NCBI GenBank assembly: GCA_902779445.1
Contig: CACZBM010000014.1
Coordinates: forward strand, 8,508-72,507
Length of the DNA: 64,000 nt
Origin: an uncultured Lachnospiraceae bacterium
Lineage (GTDB): Bacteria > Bacillota > Clostridia > Lachnospirales > Lachnospiraceae
Reading direction: 5' to 3'
Below are positions 36,917 through 46,868 of the stretch, piece after piece; within the stretch, counting starts at the first letter, position 1; each line of letters opens with the position of its first letter. Position numbers and translations under genes: made by a program. A model generated the notes under the pieces. The model was not told the DNA's origin, did no database searches, and saw only the letters and a program-made list of their open reading frames with translations.

Positions 36917-39900
36917 CTATTTAAAGTACTCTACTCCCGCTTCGAATATCTTCATATCCTGCTCGCCGTAAATATTAATGTTCACTCCGTCAGCACGGCG
37001 TTCGGCATGGGCCATCTTTCCGAATATCCGTCCGGTCTCGTCAGTGATACCCTCTATTGCTCTGAAGGAACCGTTGATATTGTACTCCTCATCCATTGAC
37101 ACGTTTCCGTCGGGATCTGAGTACTGGGTAGCCACCTGACCGTTTCTGAAAAGCTTGTCCAGCCACTTATCGGAAGCCACAAATCTGCCTTCTCCGTGGG
37201 AAGCAGGACTTACATATACCTTTCCGATCTCTGCATTCTTAAGCCAGGGCGACTTATCGGAAACAACTCTGGTATATGCCATCTTGCTGATATGACGGTT
37301 TATGGTATTAAAGGTAAGTGTCGGAGAATCTGCTTTCTGGGCATCGATTATCTCTCCATAAGGCACCAGTCCCAGCTTTATAAGCGCCTGGAATCCGTTA
37401 CAGATACCGAGCACAAGCCCGTCTCTGTTTAAGAGATCATCCACTGCTTCTCTTATCTTCTCATTTCTGAATGCCGTAGCAAAGAACTTCGCAGATCCGT
37501 CAGGCTCATCACCGGCTGAAAATCCTCCGGGGAACATGATCATCTGGGAATCCTTTATGGCTTTCTTAAATTCCTCAACGGATGAGAGGATAGCTTCCTC
37601 CGTAAGATTCTTAAACACCTTTATCTCAGTCCTGGCTCCCGCTCTCTCAAAAGCTTTTGCGGCATCATATTCACAGTTGGTACCCGGGAATACCGGGATA
37701 AATACCTTCGGCTTTGCAACCCTGTTCTTTGCGATATGTACATTTTCCGCATGGAATAAGGGTGAAACAGTCTTTGTACAGATCTTGGATGATCTTATGG
37801 GAAACACCTTACTTAAAGGTTTCTCATAGGCTTCAAGAGCATCTTTAAGGCTTAACTTCATCTTAAAGTGGGATAGTTCAGGCTCCTTGGTAACCTCTCC
37901 TATCAGCCTGTAGGGCACTTTAATGGAATCAAGCTTCCTTATATCATTTATCTCCGCGATGATATTTCCTGTTTCCGCAAGGAACATCTCATCCTTTGTA
38001 ACCGTGTCCGATATCTTCACGCCAAGCCTGTTACCGAACGCCATCTTTGAAACCGCAGGAGCGATCCCGTATTCATCAAGAGCATAGGCTGACTCTACTA
38101 TTCCGGCCTTCATGGCTTTCCTGATGCCGTCATACAGTTCCAGCACTTTGGCATACCTTGGAAGCTCGCGCTCATCGATCTCTATCGTAAACTTTACAAG
38201 CTTGTTTCCGGCTTTCTTAAGCTCCGGAGTGATGACATCATGTACATTCCCCGTATCAACCGCAAATGATACAAGAGTGGGAGGAACATCTATATCTTCA
38301 AATGTTCCGGACATGGAGTCCTTTCCTCCGATACTCGGAAGGCCGTAATTCATCTGAGCGTCAAAAGCTCCGAGCAGAGCCGCTGCAGGCTCACTCCACC
38401 TCTTCTTATCCCCGGTCATTCTCTTAAAGTATTCCTGGAAAGTGAATCTTATCTTATGCACATCACCGCCGGCCGCCACTATCTTTGCCATGGATCCGGT
38501 TATGGCATAAACCGCACCGTGATACGGACTCCATGATGAGAGATAGGGATCGAATCCGTAGCTCATCATCGTGACTGTTTCCGATGATCCGTTCCTGACA
38601 GGAAGAAGAGCTGTCATAGTCTGTATCGGGGTCTTCTGATACTTTCCGCCAAAAGGCATGGTGACGGTAGCTGCTCCTATCGAAGAATCAAACCTCTCAG
38701 AAAGCCCCTGTTTTGAACACTGGTTAAGGGAAGAAAGTGAATCGATCCAGGCTTTCTTCTCATCCTTTATATCCACTGTTTCCCTCATGTAATTCTTTAC
38801 TTCAGAGGGCACTTCTATCTCAACATCTGCTTCCTGGTGGGCTCCGTTGGTATCCAGGAAATCTCTGGAAATATCCACAATGTTCTTTCCTCTCCAGGAA
38901 AGCACGAGCCTCGGCTCCTTAGTGACTGTTGCCACCACTGTAGCTTCCAGATTCTCTTCTGCAGCATAGCTTAAGAACTTCTTTTCGTCCTTAGAAGCCA
39001 CCACAACCGCCATCCTCTCCTGGGACTCGGAAATAGCGAGCTCCGTTCCGTTAAGTCCGGCATACTTCTTTGGAACCTTATCGAGATCGATCTTAAGTCC
39101 CCTCGCCAGTTCACCTATAGCCACCGATACCCCGCCGGCGCCAAAATCATTGCAGACCTTTATGAGAAGAGACACTTCCTTCCTCCTGAAGAGTCTCTGA
39201 AGCTTTCTCTCTGTAGGAGCATTTCCCTTCTGCACTTCCGCTCCGCATGTATCTATGGAATTTAATGTATGTACCTTGGACGATCCTGTGGCTCCGCCGA
39301 TACCGTCTCTTCCAGTCCTTCCCCCGAGAAGGATAACGATATCCCCGGGTTCTGCATTCTTCCTTATGACATTCTTCTCAGGAGCAGCCGCCATGACAGC
39401 GCCTATCTCCATCCTCTTAGCCACATATCCCGGGTGGTAGATCTCATCCACAAGCCCGGTTGCGAGGCCTATCTGGTTCCCGTAGGATGAATAACCTGCT
39501 GCAGCCTCTCTTACAAGCTTTTTCTGTGGAAGCTTCCCCTTAAGAGTCTCCGAAACCGGGACCGTGGGATCGGCAGCCCCTGTTACCCTCATTGCCTGAT
39601 ATACATAGGATCTTCCGGAAAGGGGATCCCTTATGGCTCCGCCGAGACAGGTGGCAGCTCCTCCGAAAGGCTCTATTTCCGTGGGATGATTATGGGTCTC
39701 GTTCTTAAACATAACGAGCCAGTTTTCTTTTTTCTTCTTACCCTTTTCATCCGTGAGCTCGACCGGAACCACGATTGAGCATGCATTTATCTCATCAGAC
39801 TTCTCTTCATCCTCGAGCTTTCCGGCTTTCTTTAAGGCCCTGGCCCCCATGGTCGCTATATCCATGAGGCACACGAACTTGTCTCCGCCCTTTTCATTTA

Positions 39901-40696
39901 CGCGGTTTCCGTATATCTCACTTCTGGTCTTTAAATATTTAAGCCATGCCTTTTTAATGGGCATGCTGTAAAAACCCTTGCCTATCTTCACTTCCTTAAG
40001 TTCTGTAAGGAAGGTGGTGTGGCGGCAGTGATCAGACCAGTACGTATCAAGGACCCTTATCTCAGTCTCGGTGGGATCTCTCTTCTCATCCCTGTTGAAA
40101 TAGTTCCTGATATGCCTGAAATCATTGTATGTCATGGCAAGGGACAGGGAACTGTATAACTTCCTGAATTCCTTCTCCCCCATTGTCCTGAAGCCGTTAA
40201 ATACTTCTATATCTCCGGGTTCCGGATAGTCCTGCTTTAATGTGGATGGTTTATCCTCTCCCGCTATTCTCGAATCCACGGGATTCATCACATAATCCCT
40301 GATCCTGTCAAGCTCCTCTTCTGAATTTATCCCGGACAGCACATAAACTTCCGCTGTACGAACAATGGGTTCCTCACTTTCATGGAGGAACCTGATACAC
40401 TGGACTGCCGAATCAGCTCTTTGGTCAAACTGTCCCGGAAGGGACTCAACCGTTATGACTCTGTCCTTTTTTTCTGTCTTAAGCTTTTCCTCATAGAGAT
40501 CATCCACCGGAGGCTCTGAAAAGACTGACAGTTCTGCCTTCTTAAATGTTTCATCGCTGACATTTTCCACATCATAGCGGATAAGGTATCTGACACCCAC
40601 ATCCTTTAATCCCAGAAACTCGTGTATCTCGTGTTCCAGATCATGGGCATGAACTGCGTATGCTTCCTTTTTTTCAACAAAAATGCGTCTTACCAT
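36917..40696 (-). CDS. purL: phosphoribosylformylglycinamidine synthase (single-chain large type)
   Basis: 1259 aa. ETHNHPTEIEPFGGAATCLGGAIRD, two AIR-synthase-like repeats, and a C-terminal glutaminase domain with LGICNGFQAL. Confidence 0.95.
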   Translation of the reverse strand: MVRRIFVEKKEAYAVHAHDLEHEIHEFLGLKDVGVRYLIRYDVENVSDETFKKAELSVFSEPPVDDLYEEKLKTEKKDRVITVESLPGQFDQRADSAVQCIRFLHESEEPIVRTAEVYVLSGINSEEELDRIRDYVMNPVDSRIAGEDKPSTLKQDYPEPGDIEVFNGFRTMGEKEFRKLYSSLSLAMTYNDFRHIRNYFNRDEKRDPTETEIRVLDTYWSDHCRHTTFLTELKEVKIGKGFYSMPIKKAWLKYLKTRSEIYGNRVNEKGGDKFVCLMDIATMGARALKKAGKLEDEEKSDEINACSIVVPVELTDEKGKKKKENWLVMFKNETHNHPTEIEPFGGAATCLGGAIRDPLSGRSYVYQAMRVTGAADPTVPVSETLKGKLPQKKLVREAAAGYSSYGNQIGLATGLVDEIYHPGYVAKRMEIGAVMAAAPEKNVIRKNAEPGDIVILLGGRTGRDGIGGATGSSKVHTLNSIDTCGAEVQKGNAPTERKLQRLFRRKEVSLLIKVCNDFGAGGVSVAIGELARGLKIDLDKVPKKYAGLNGTELAISESQERMAVVVASKDEKKFLSYAAEENLEATVVATVTKEPRLVLSWRGKNIVDISRDFLDTNGAHQEADVEIEVPSEVKNYMRETVDIKDEKKAWIDSLSSLNQCSKQGLSERFDSSIGAATVTMPFGGKYQKTPIQTMTALLPVRNGSSETVTMMSYGFDPYLSSWSPYHGAVYAITGSMAKIVAAGGDVHKIRFTFQEYFKRMTGDKKRWSEPAAALLGAFDAQMNYGLPSIGGKDSMSGTFEDIDVPPTLVSFAVDTGNVHDVITPELKKAGNKLVKFTIEIDERELPRYAKVLELYDGIRKAMKAGIVESAYALDEYGIAPAVSKMAFGNRLGVKISDTVTKDEMFLAETGNIIAEINDIRKLDSIKVPYRLIGEVTKEPELSHFKMKLSLKDALEAYEKPLSKVFPIRSSKICTKTVSPLFHAENVHIAKNRVAKPKVFIPVFPGTNCEYDAAKAFERAGARTEIKVFKNLTEEAILSSVEEFKKAIKDSQMIMFPGGFSAGDEPDGSAKFFATAFRNEKIREAVDDLLNRDGLVLGICNGFQALIKLGLVPYGEIIDAQKADSPTLTFNTINRHISKMAYTRVVSDKSPWLKNAEIGKVYVSPASHGEGRFVASDKWLDKLFRNGQVATQYSDPDGNVSMDEEYNINGSFRAIEGITDETGRIFGKMAHAERRADGVNINIYGEQDMKIFEAGVEYFK

Positions 40697-40706
40697 TTTT
40701 TCTTCC

Positions 40707-41159
40707 TTACTTAGGCTTCTTGTAAAAATCGATAAGTTCCTTGAATTTCAGTAATACCCCCAGATAGATCCCTTCCCTGGCTCCTTCGGCCCAGGCAGGC
40801 CCTCTGTGCATTCCCTCCAGCACATACTTGGAAAGGAAACCCCTGAGAATATCCACGTCCCTGATGGTGCATCTCTCTATACACTTTCTCTCATCTTCAT
40901 GGGTCCTTATGCGGTTTCTGGAGTAGATATAGGGATAATTCCTGTCCATAAGCTTCGTTTTAGATGCCTTCTTCACAAAATCCAAAAGGACGGAGTCAAA
41001 TACGGGAAAGTTAAGCTTGGACTCTCCCTGAGCTCCGTCATAATTCTTTGCGAATGTATTGCTTTTTTCCGAAAAATACGGAATAAAACCAAAGAGCATC
41101 TCCAGTTCCCTTCCGTATGTTGTGATCATCTGGTCCGCCAGAGTGTTTTCAGATTCCAA
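40707..41159 (-). CDS. hypothetical protein (150 aa)
   Basis: An ORF with no TM segment. It ends 10 nt before the purL start and begins 11 nt after the upstream gene. No family recognised. Confidence 0.55.
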   Translation of the reverse strand: MESENTLADQMITTYGRELEMLFGFIPYFSEKSNTFAKNYDGAQGESKLNFPVFDSVLLDFVKKASKTKLMDRNYPYIYSRNRIRTHEDERKCIERCTIRDVDILRGFLSKYVLEGMHRGPAWAEGAREGIYLGVLLKFKELIDFYKKPK

Positions 41160-41170
41160 AATAATCCTCC

Positions 41171-43270
41171 TTACGACTGCAGATATTCAAGCTGCTTAGT
41201 GATAACCTCGGGTACCTCTTCTTCCATCTTCTTTATCTTCTGCATCATCACCTGTATCAGCCGCACCTTACCTGCCAGCTTGATATTATACTTCTCGATA
41301 AGATCCGCGTACAGCGGATTGGCCTTCATAGACTCTCTCTTGGCTGTCCTGAAAGGACAGTATCTGAAGACGATGCCTCTGGCCACCTTATTAAGCCTTG
41401 CTGATCCGACAGCTTCGTTCCTGATATAGATGATATAGTCTGATACAAAGACGTTCCTGTAGTTATTTCTGGATTTCTGCAGAGAAAGCTTGATCTTCTC
41501 CCTGTTCTCAGGAGAGATATCGTGGTTCTTCTTGTAGAACTGCAGATAATCGCAGTACTCACTGGTAAGGCTGGGATCAGTTACATCATTCCAGTGCACG
41601 CCCTGTACACGCCTGCACATCTCCCATCTGAATTCTCCGCAGAGTTTCACCATTGCCTCATCCAGATCCTCGGTGAAGAGAATGGACATCATCATTCTGG
41701 CCGGTGTATCTCTTCTCTTACCGTCGATCTCCTGCCACATGGATGTCCTCGATCCCATGTTGGGCATAAGGATCACAAAAGGAAGCACTTCCCTGGACTC
41801 CACGAACTGATTGATCTCCAGCTTTTCAAAAGCCGTAACAGCATCCCTGTAGAACAGAGAGAAATCGATCTCCCTGATGGCATCCAGACTGTTCTTTATC
41901 TTCTCGGGTGTGATAAGGGCAGTCCTTAAAGGCCTTACCACCGCATCATCAGTGAATACAGGAATGAATGTGGTCACGCGTCCGAAAGTAAGCCTGTTAC
42001 CCATGGTAAAGAAGTTCTCGATCTCAAACCTGAGTCTCTTATTTCTGTCATTTCTATAGGAAGCTTCCTGCTCCTTCGTTATATATCCGCCCTGAACCTG
42101 CTCTCTCAGGAACTCGATATAGTCGCTGTCGAACTCGTTCTTGGAGGGATTAACCTTCATTTCATATACGTATCTCAGCCAATCCCTGATGGTAACCACA
42201 TGTCCCGTGGGATCTCCCCTCCAGTTCCTGGCAAAACCCGCAAGGATATTGGTATTCTCCTCTCCCGCAAGTCTCTCATCCATAAATCCGAAGAGAAGGA
42301 ACATCTTCACTTCCAGAGGCGGATTCTTATCCTCCAGAGTCTTCATGAAGATAGCATAATATATATCATAGAATATCCTGGAGATCTCCTTACGGAGTTT
42401 TCTCATCTCATCAGTGGTCTCGGTCTTATCAGGAGACTTGATGTATTCATCTATAAGTCCCGTAAATGCCTGGGCGGTAGATGCAGGTGCCTCTGAATAT
42501 CCCAGGATAAGATGCAGGGCATCTTTTATCTCATGCACGCCCTCTTCCCCGTCTTCACTGCTCTGAAGCTGGGCCATGGCATACTTGTAATCCATTTTGA
42601 ACGCAGACGTAACTTCGTTTAAGTACTCCTTATAACGGGATATCCTGATGATCTCTTCGAATATGGTCTTCATGAAATCACTGTTATGAAGGATAACTCC
42701 CGTACATATACCGATATTAAGGCTGTAGAAAGATTTTCTTATGCTGGCATCATTCTCCACGAGGGATCCCAGATAATCCAGTCTCCATTCTTCCAGTCCG
42801 TCGGCTTCACTGGGTTCCATAAGACTCTCTATCTCGGGATATTCTTCGGGCTTTTCTCCGAGTTCCGTCTTAAGTCCCCGGTAGTCTTCCAGATCCCTCT
42901 TAACACCCTTATATGAGTTGATACTGTCCGCCCTGACCTTCTCATACCAGGAATAAGCATCTATGGCGGCCTTTGCGCTGGATGACGCGAGAACCGGCGC
43001 GATCTTCTGATTCAGTTTGATGACTTTCACGATATCATCAATACTGGAATAGTCATAAGAATAGACCGTGGCATCGGTTTCTGCCTCATACGTAAAAGAA
43101 TAAGTGTCCTCTGCCTTCTCGGCTCCTCCGATCAGACATCCGGTTTTAAGGACCATGCCCCCGTATGGATTGGACGCACGGATAGCCCCTTTAAGGACTA
43201 TCTCCAGTTCCTTAACACTATCACTTGAACTATGCAGCACATCGCCTTTTTTAAGTTCCTTAATACCCAA
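41171..43270 (-). CDS. hypothetical protein (699 aa), possible N-terminal cNMP-binding-like beta-barrel
   Basis: A soluble, mostly helical composition. The N-terminal roughly 100 aa (GDVLHSSSDSVKELEIVLKGAIR...LKTGCLIGG) weakly resembles cNMP-binding folds (recollection only). Confidence 0.55.
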   Translation of the reverse strand: MGIKELKKGDVLHSSSDSVKELEIVLKGAIRASNPYGGMVLKTGCLIGGAEKAEDTYSFTYEAETDATVYSYDYSSIDDIVKVIKLNQKIAPVLASSSAKAAIDAYSWYEKVRADSINSYKGVKRDLEDYRGLKTELGEKPEEYPEIESLMEPSEADGLEEWRLDYLGSLVENDASIRKSFYSLNIGICTGVILHNSDFMKTIFEEIIRISRYKEYLNEVTSAFKMDYKYAMAQLQSSEDGEEGVHEIKDALHLILGYSEAPASTAQAFTGLIDEYIKSPDKTETTDEMRKLRKEISRIFYDIYYAIFMKTLEDKNPPLEVKMFLLFGFMDERLAGEENTNILAGFARNWRGDPTGHVVTIRDWLRYVYEMKVNPSKNEFDSDYIEFLREQVQGGYITKEQEASYRNDRNKRLRFEIENFFTMGNRLTFGRVTTFIPVFTDDAVVRPLRTALITPEKIKNSLDAIREIDFSLFYRDAVTAFEKLEINQFVESREVLPFVILMPNMGSRTSMWQEIDGKRRDTPARMMMSILFTEDLDEAMVKLCGEFRWEMCRRVQGVHWNDVTDPSLTSEYCDYLQFYKKNHDISPENREKIKLSLQKSRNNYRNVFVSDYIIYIRNEAVGSARLNKVARGIVFRYCPFRTAKRESMKANPLYADLIEKYNIKLAGKVRLIQVMMQKIKKMEEEVPEVITKQLEYLQS

Positions 43271-43281
43271 GTATTAATCAC

Positions 43282-44784
43282 CTACGCATTCTTTTTTCTT
43301 AAAACCTCAAGTACCACGATGGTGATGATGAGTCCCACAGAAAGTGAAATGATCCAGTTCTGAGTCATTCCTGCAATGATATATCCTATTATACAGCTTA
43401 TGAACGGTACTATTGCGTACTGCATCTGTGTGGATACATGATTCATGTGGTAGCACTGTGCTCCTGCACTCGACATTATGGTTGTGTCGGAAATAGGTGA
43501 GATATGGTCACCGCATACAGAACCTGCCAGTACTGCAGAAACGGAAATGATCATCATCTGAAGACTCTCAGCTCCGAATATACTTGTAACGATAGGAACG
43601 AGGATCGCAAATGTTCCCCAGGATGTTCCGGTGGAAAAAGCAATGAATATTGCTATTATGAACATAATAACAGGTACAAAATTCATTCCGTATGTACCGT
43701 GCCCCACAACGCTGTTAACGAAATCGCCGATACCGAGAGCCTGTGAAACACCCTTCAGTGTCCATGCAAAGGTAAGGATCGCAATAGCGGGGATCATGAG
43801 CTGGAATCCCTTTACAAAGCTGTCCATAAACTCCCTGAAGGTCACAACCTTCCTGGGTATATAAAGGATGAACAGGAATAATACGGTGACAAATGTGGCA
43901 AAGATAAGAGATATCTCTGAATCACAGTTGGCAAATGCCTCCTGGATATTTGCCGCTCCCTCCATGGAACCGGTATAGATCATGGCTCCTACTGCAGATG
44001 TGATCAGCATGATGGTGGGAAGGATAAGATCAAATACCTTTCCGTTGGGATTTTCGCTGACTTCATCCGCTGCCTCGAAATCATCCTTGTGATCGGTGAA
44101 AAGATCTCCCTTTGTCTCGGCATTGGTTTCGTGGATCTTCATCGATGCAAAGTCTATTCCTCTTGCACTGATATAGATCACCATGAAAAGAGTGAGAAGC
44201 GCATAGAGGTTAAAAGGGATGGTGCTGATGAAAAGCTGAAGTCCGTTGATCCCTGCATCTTCAGGCACATAGGAATTAACAGCTGCAGCCCAGCTGGAAA
44301 TAGGTGCGATGATACATACCGGGGCAGCTGTCGCATCAATGATGTAGGCGAGCTTTGCCCTGGAAACCTTGTATTTATCAGTTACCGGTCTCATAACACT
44401 TCCGACGGTAAGGCAGTTGAAGTAGTCATCCACGAATATCAGGATACCGAGAAAAGTGGTGGCAAGAAGCGCCATCTTCTTGTTCTTGATCTTTGTGCTT
44501 GCCCATCTCCCGTAAGCTGCACTTCCTCCTGATTTCTGCATAAGTTTTACTATCATTCCGAGCATTACGAGGAAGATAAGTATATTAAGATCAATATTGT
44601 CCTTCATGACAGTAAATATAGCTTCAAAACTGATCCAGGGGTTAAACTGTCCGTATAACAGCGCTCCCGAGATAATGCCAATAAAAAGGGCTGAATAAAC
44701 TTCCTTGGTAACGAAAGCCAGAACAATTGCAATGATTGGCGGCAAAAGTGACCATGCCGTTCCGATAAATACTGAATTCTCCAT
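43282..44784 (-). CDS. NhaC-family Na+/H+ antiporter-type transporter
   Basis: A 500-aa polytopic protein. FVDDYFNCLTVGSVMRPVTDKYKVSRAKLAYIIDATAAPVCIIAPISSWAA is typical of NhaC-family proteins. Confidence 0.8.
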   Translation of the reverse strand: MENSVFIGTAWSLLPPIIAIVLAFVTKEVYSALFIGIISGALLYGQFNPWISFEAIFTVMKDNIDLNILIFLVMLGMIVKLMQKSGGSAAYGRWASTKIKNKKMALLATTFLGILIFVDDYFNCLTVGSVMRPVTDKYKVSRAKLAYIIDATAAPVCIIAPISSWAAAVNSYVPEDAGINGLQLFISTIPFNLYALLTLFMVIYISARGIDFASMKIHETNAETKGDLFTDHKDDFEAADEVSENPNGKVFDLILPTIMLITSAVGAMIYTGSMEGAANIQEAFANCDSEISLIFATFVTVLFLFILYIPRKVVTFREFMDSFVKGFQLMIPAIAILTFAWTLKGVSQALGIGDFVNSVVGHGTYGMNFVPVIMFIIAIFIAFSTGTSWGTFAILVPIVTSIFGAESLQMMIISVSAVLAGSVCGDHISPISDTTIMSSAGAQCYHMNHVSTQMQYAIVPFISCIIGYIIAGMTQNWIISLSVGLIITIVVLEVLRKKNA

Positions 44785-44906
44785 ATTTTCTCCCTTACTC
44801 TAATCAAATTTTATGAATCTGAACATACATCATACAGTATACTCCATTGTCAGGTAATAAGACAATAATAAATAACAGAAAAAACGTGTCATCACCAACA
44901 TAACTA

Positions 44907-44935
44907 AAAGACGTCCGAAAACTCCGGACGTCTTT
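44907..44935 (-). terminator. terminator after tRNA-Trp (bidirectional hairpin)
   Basis: aaaagacgtccg/cggacgtctttt with T-runs on both strands. Confidence 0.6.
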
Positions 44936-44945
44936 TAAGTCTATA

Positions 44946-45016
44946 CAGGGGAAGAGAGATTCGAACTCCCGTGAACGGTTTTGGAGACCGTCATACTGCC
45001 ACTGTATGATTCCCCT
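44946..45016 (-). tRNA. tRNA-Trp (anticodon CCA)
   Basis: Reverse complement is AGGGGAATCATACAGTGGCAGTATGACGGTCTCCAAAACCGTTCACGGGAGTTCGAATCTCTCTTCCCCTG. Anticodon stem ACGGT/ACCGT with loop CTCCAAA. No encoded CCA. Confidence 0.85.
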
Positions 45017-45070
45017 ATGAAGTCGCTTGGAAAAGCGACTTGTTACTTATATCACACCCCAATTTATTTG

Positions 45071-46453
45071 TCAAATCCCGGCGGCTTCCAATGCTTCCGC
45101 CACGTTTTTCACTCCTTTAAGCTCGATATTACCGGGTTTTTTAATGTTCTTAAGGGACGAATACGGAAGGATCACCGTTTCAAATCCGAGCCTAGAGGCT
45201 TCATTTACCCTCTGCTGTGTCTGGCTCACAGCCCTGACTTCACCGGAGAGCCCCACTTCTCCAAAAGCCACGGTCTTATCTCCCACGGGCGAATTTCTGA
45301 AGGATGACGCGATGGCCAGGACAAGGCTCAGGTCAAGGGACGGTTCATTTACCTTCATGCCTCCTGCAATATTTACATAGGCATCATGGGATGATAGGTG
45401 CATCCCCACTCTCTTTTCAAGGACTGCCATAAGAAGGTTCATCCTGTTCACGTCTGTTCCGTTGGCCTGACGCCTCGGAAAACCAAATGCAGTCTCGCAC
45501 ACCAATCCCTGGATCTCGATAAGAATAGGCCTTGTACCCTCCATACAGCAGGTCACAAGGGATCCTGCGGAATTCTCCGGCCTCCCTGAAAGCATGAATT
45601 CAGAAGGGTTCTCCACTTCCATGAGGCCTGTCTCACCCATTTCAAATACACCGATCTCATCCGTGGAACCGAACCTGTTCTTTACTCCCCGTAAGATCCT
45701 GTAGGCACCCTTCATGTCTCCTTCAAAATAAAGGACCGTATCCACCATGTGCTCCAAAACCCTGGGGCCTGCCACTGCCCCTTCCTTGGTCACATGGCCT
45801 ATGATAAAGACAGTGATACCAAGACTCTTTGCAAGCCTTAAAAGCACAGCAGTGGTCTCTCTTATCTGGGAAACCGAGCCCGGAGCCGAAGAAACACTTT
45901 CATTAAACATGGTCTGAATGGAGTCTATTACCACCAGCTCCGGCTTTGTATCTTCGATGACAGCGGTAATATCATCAAGATCGGTTTCTGCCATGATCTT
46001 TAGATTCCCGCTGAAAGATCCGAGCCTGTCAGCCCTCATCTTTATCTGTCTTAAGGATTCCTCCCCTGAAACATAGAGGAGCTCATGCCCTGAACCGGAC
46101 ATATTGTGACATACCTGAAGGAGGAGGGTGGACTTACCTATGCCCGGATCTCCTCCCACAAGCACCATGGAACCTTTTACAACACCTCCCCCGAGGACCC
46201 GGTCCATCTCACTTATTCCCGATGTGATCCTGTTTTCCTCACCGGATTCTATCTCGTTTATGGGGCGCGGTGTCTTATTTTTATTTCTCTTAGCGATGGC
46301 CGCTGACGGTGCATTGGTCTTTGCCTCCGGACGCACCGTTTCCTCCACCATGGTATTCCATTCATGGCAGGAGGGACAGTTTCCTACCCACTTTGCGGAT
46401 TCATACCCGCAGTTCTGGCAGAAAAAAACCGTTTTTTCCTTTTTTCCTGCCAT
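45071..46453 (-). CDS. radA: DNA repair protein RadA
   Basis: N-terminal zinc finger CQNCGYESAKWVGNCPSC, Walker A GGDPGIGKST, the KNRFG motif, and a Lon-like C-terminal domain. Confidence 0.95.
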   Translation of the reverse strand: MAGKKEKTVFFCQNCGYESAKWVGNCPSCHEWNTMVEETVRPEAKTNAPSAAIAKRNKNKTPRPINEIESGEENRITSGISEMDRVLGGGVVKGSMVLVGGDPGIGKSTLLLQVCHNMSGSGHELLYVSGEESLRQIKMRADRLGSFSGNLKIMAETDLDDITAVIEDTKPELVVIDSIQTMFNESVSSAPGSVSQIRETTAVLLRLAKSLGITVFIIGHVTKEGAVAGPRVLEHMVDTVLYFEGDMKGAYRILRGVKNRFGSTDEIGVFEMGETGLMEVENPSEFMLSGRPENSAGSLVTCCMEGTRPILIEIQGLVCETAFGFPRRQANGTDVNRMNLLMAVLEKRVGMHLSSHDAYVNIAGGMKVNEPSLDLSLVLAIASSFRNSPVGDKTVAFGEVGLSGEVRAVSQTQQRVNEASRLGFETVILPYSSLKNIKKPGNIELKGVKNVAEALEAAGI

Positions 46454-46454
46454 A

Positions 46455-46868
46455 TCAGGCTTTCTTTACCTCTACCTTTACTGCGCCTGCTCCTGATAGT
46501 TCAACGCTTACGGAGAGTTTTCCTCCGAGATTGGTCTTCATCTTTCCTGCGTTCTCGCCGTTTACCGTAACTTCATACTCGGTGTCATCCGCAAGGCCCA
46601 GGGTTATCTGTGCATCATCATTACCCTCAGCCTCAAATACCACTCCATCCTCTGTTTCACGGAAATTCCTAACGCTTGTTCCCGGTACGGATTCGTAAAC
46701 GAAGATACCGTTTCTCTCAAGCTTAGTGATCTCATTATAGGTCTTTACCTTGTAGAGATCTCCCTTGTGAGGGAAGTCCTCTTTTTTAGCCTTGGCAGCC
46801 AGTGTATGATCACCAAAACTGAGACTCCCGTCTGCTCCGCTGAGAATAAGTTCCTTTTCCGTATTCAT
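46455..46868 (-). CDS. hypothetical protein (137 aa, beta-rich)
   Basis: ATGA overlap with the clpC stop. Its own stop is 1 nt before the radA start. No family recognised. Confidence 0.55.
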   Translation of the reverse strand: MNTEKELILSGADGSLSFGDHTLAAKAKKEDFPHKGDLYKVKTYNEITKLERNGIFVYESVPGTSVRNFRETEDGVVFEAEGNDDAQITLGLADDTEYEVTVNGENAGKMKTNLGGKLSVSVELSGAGAVKVEVKKA

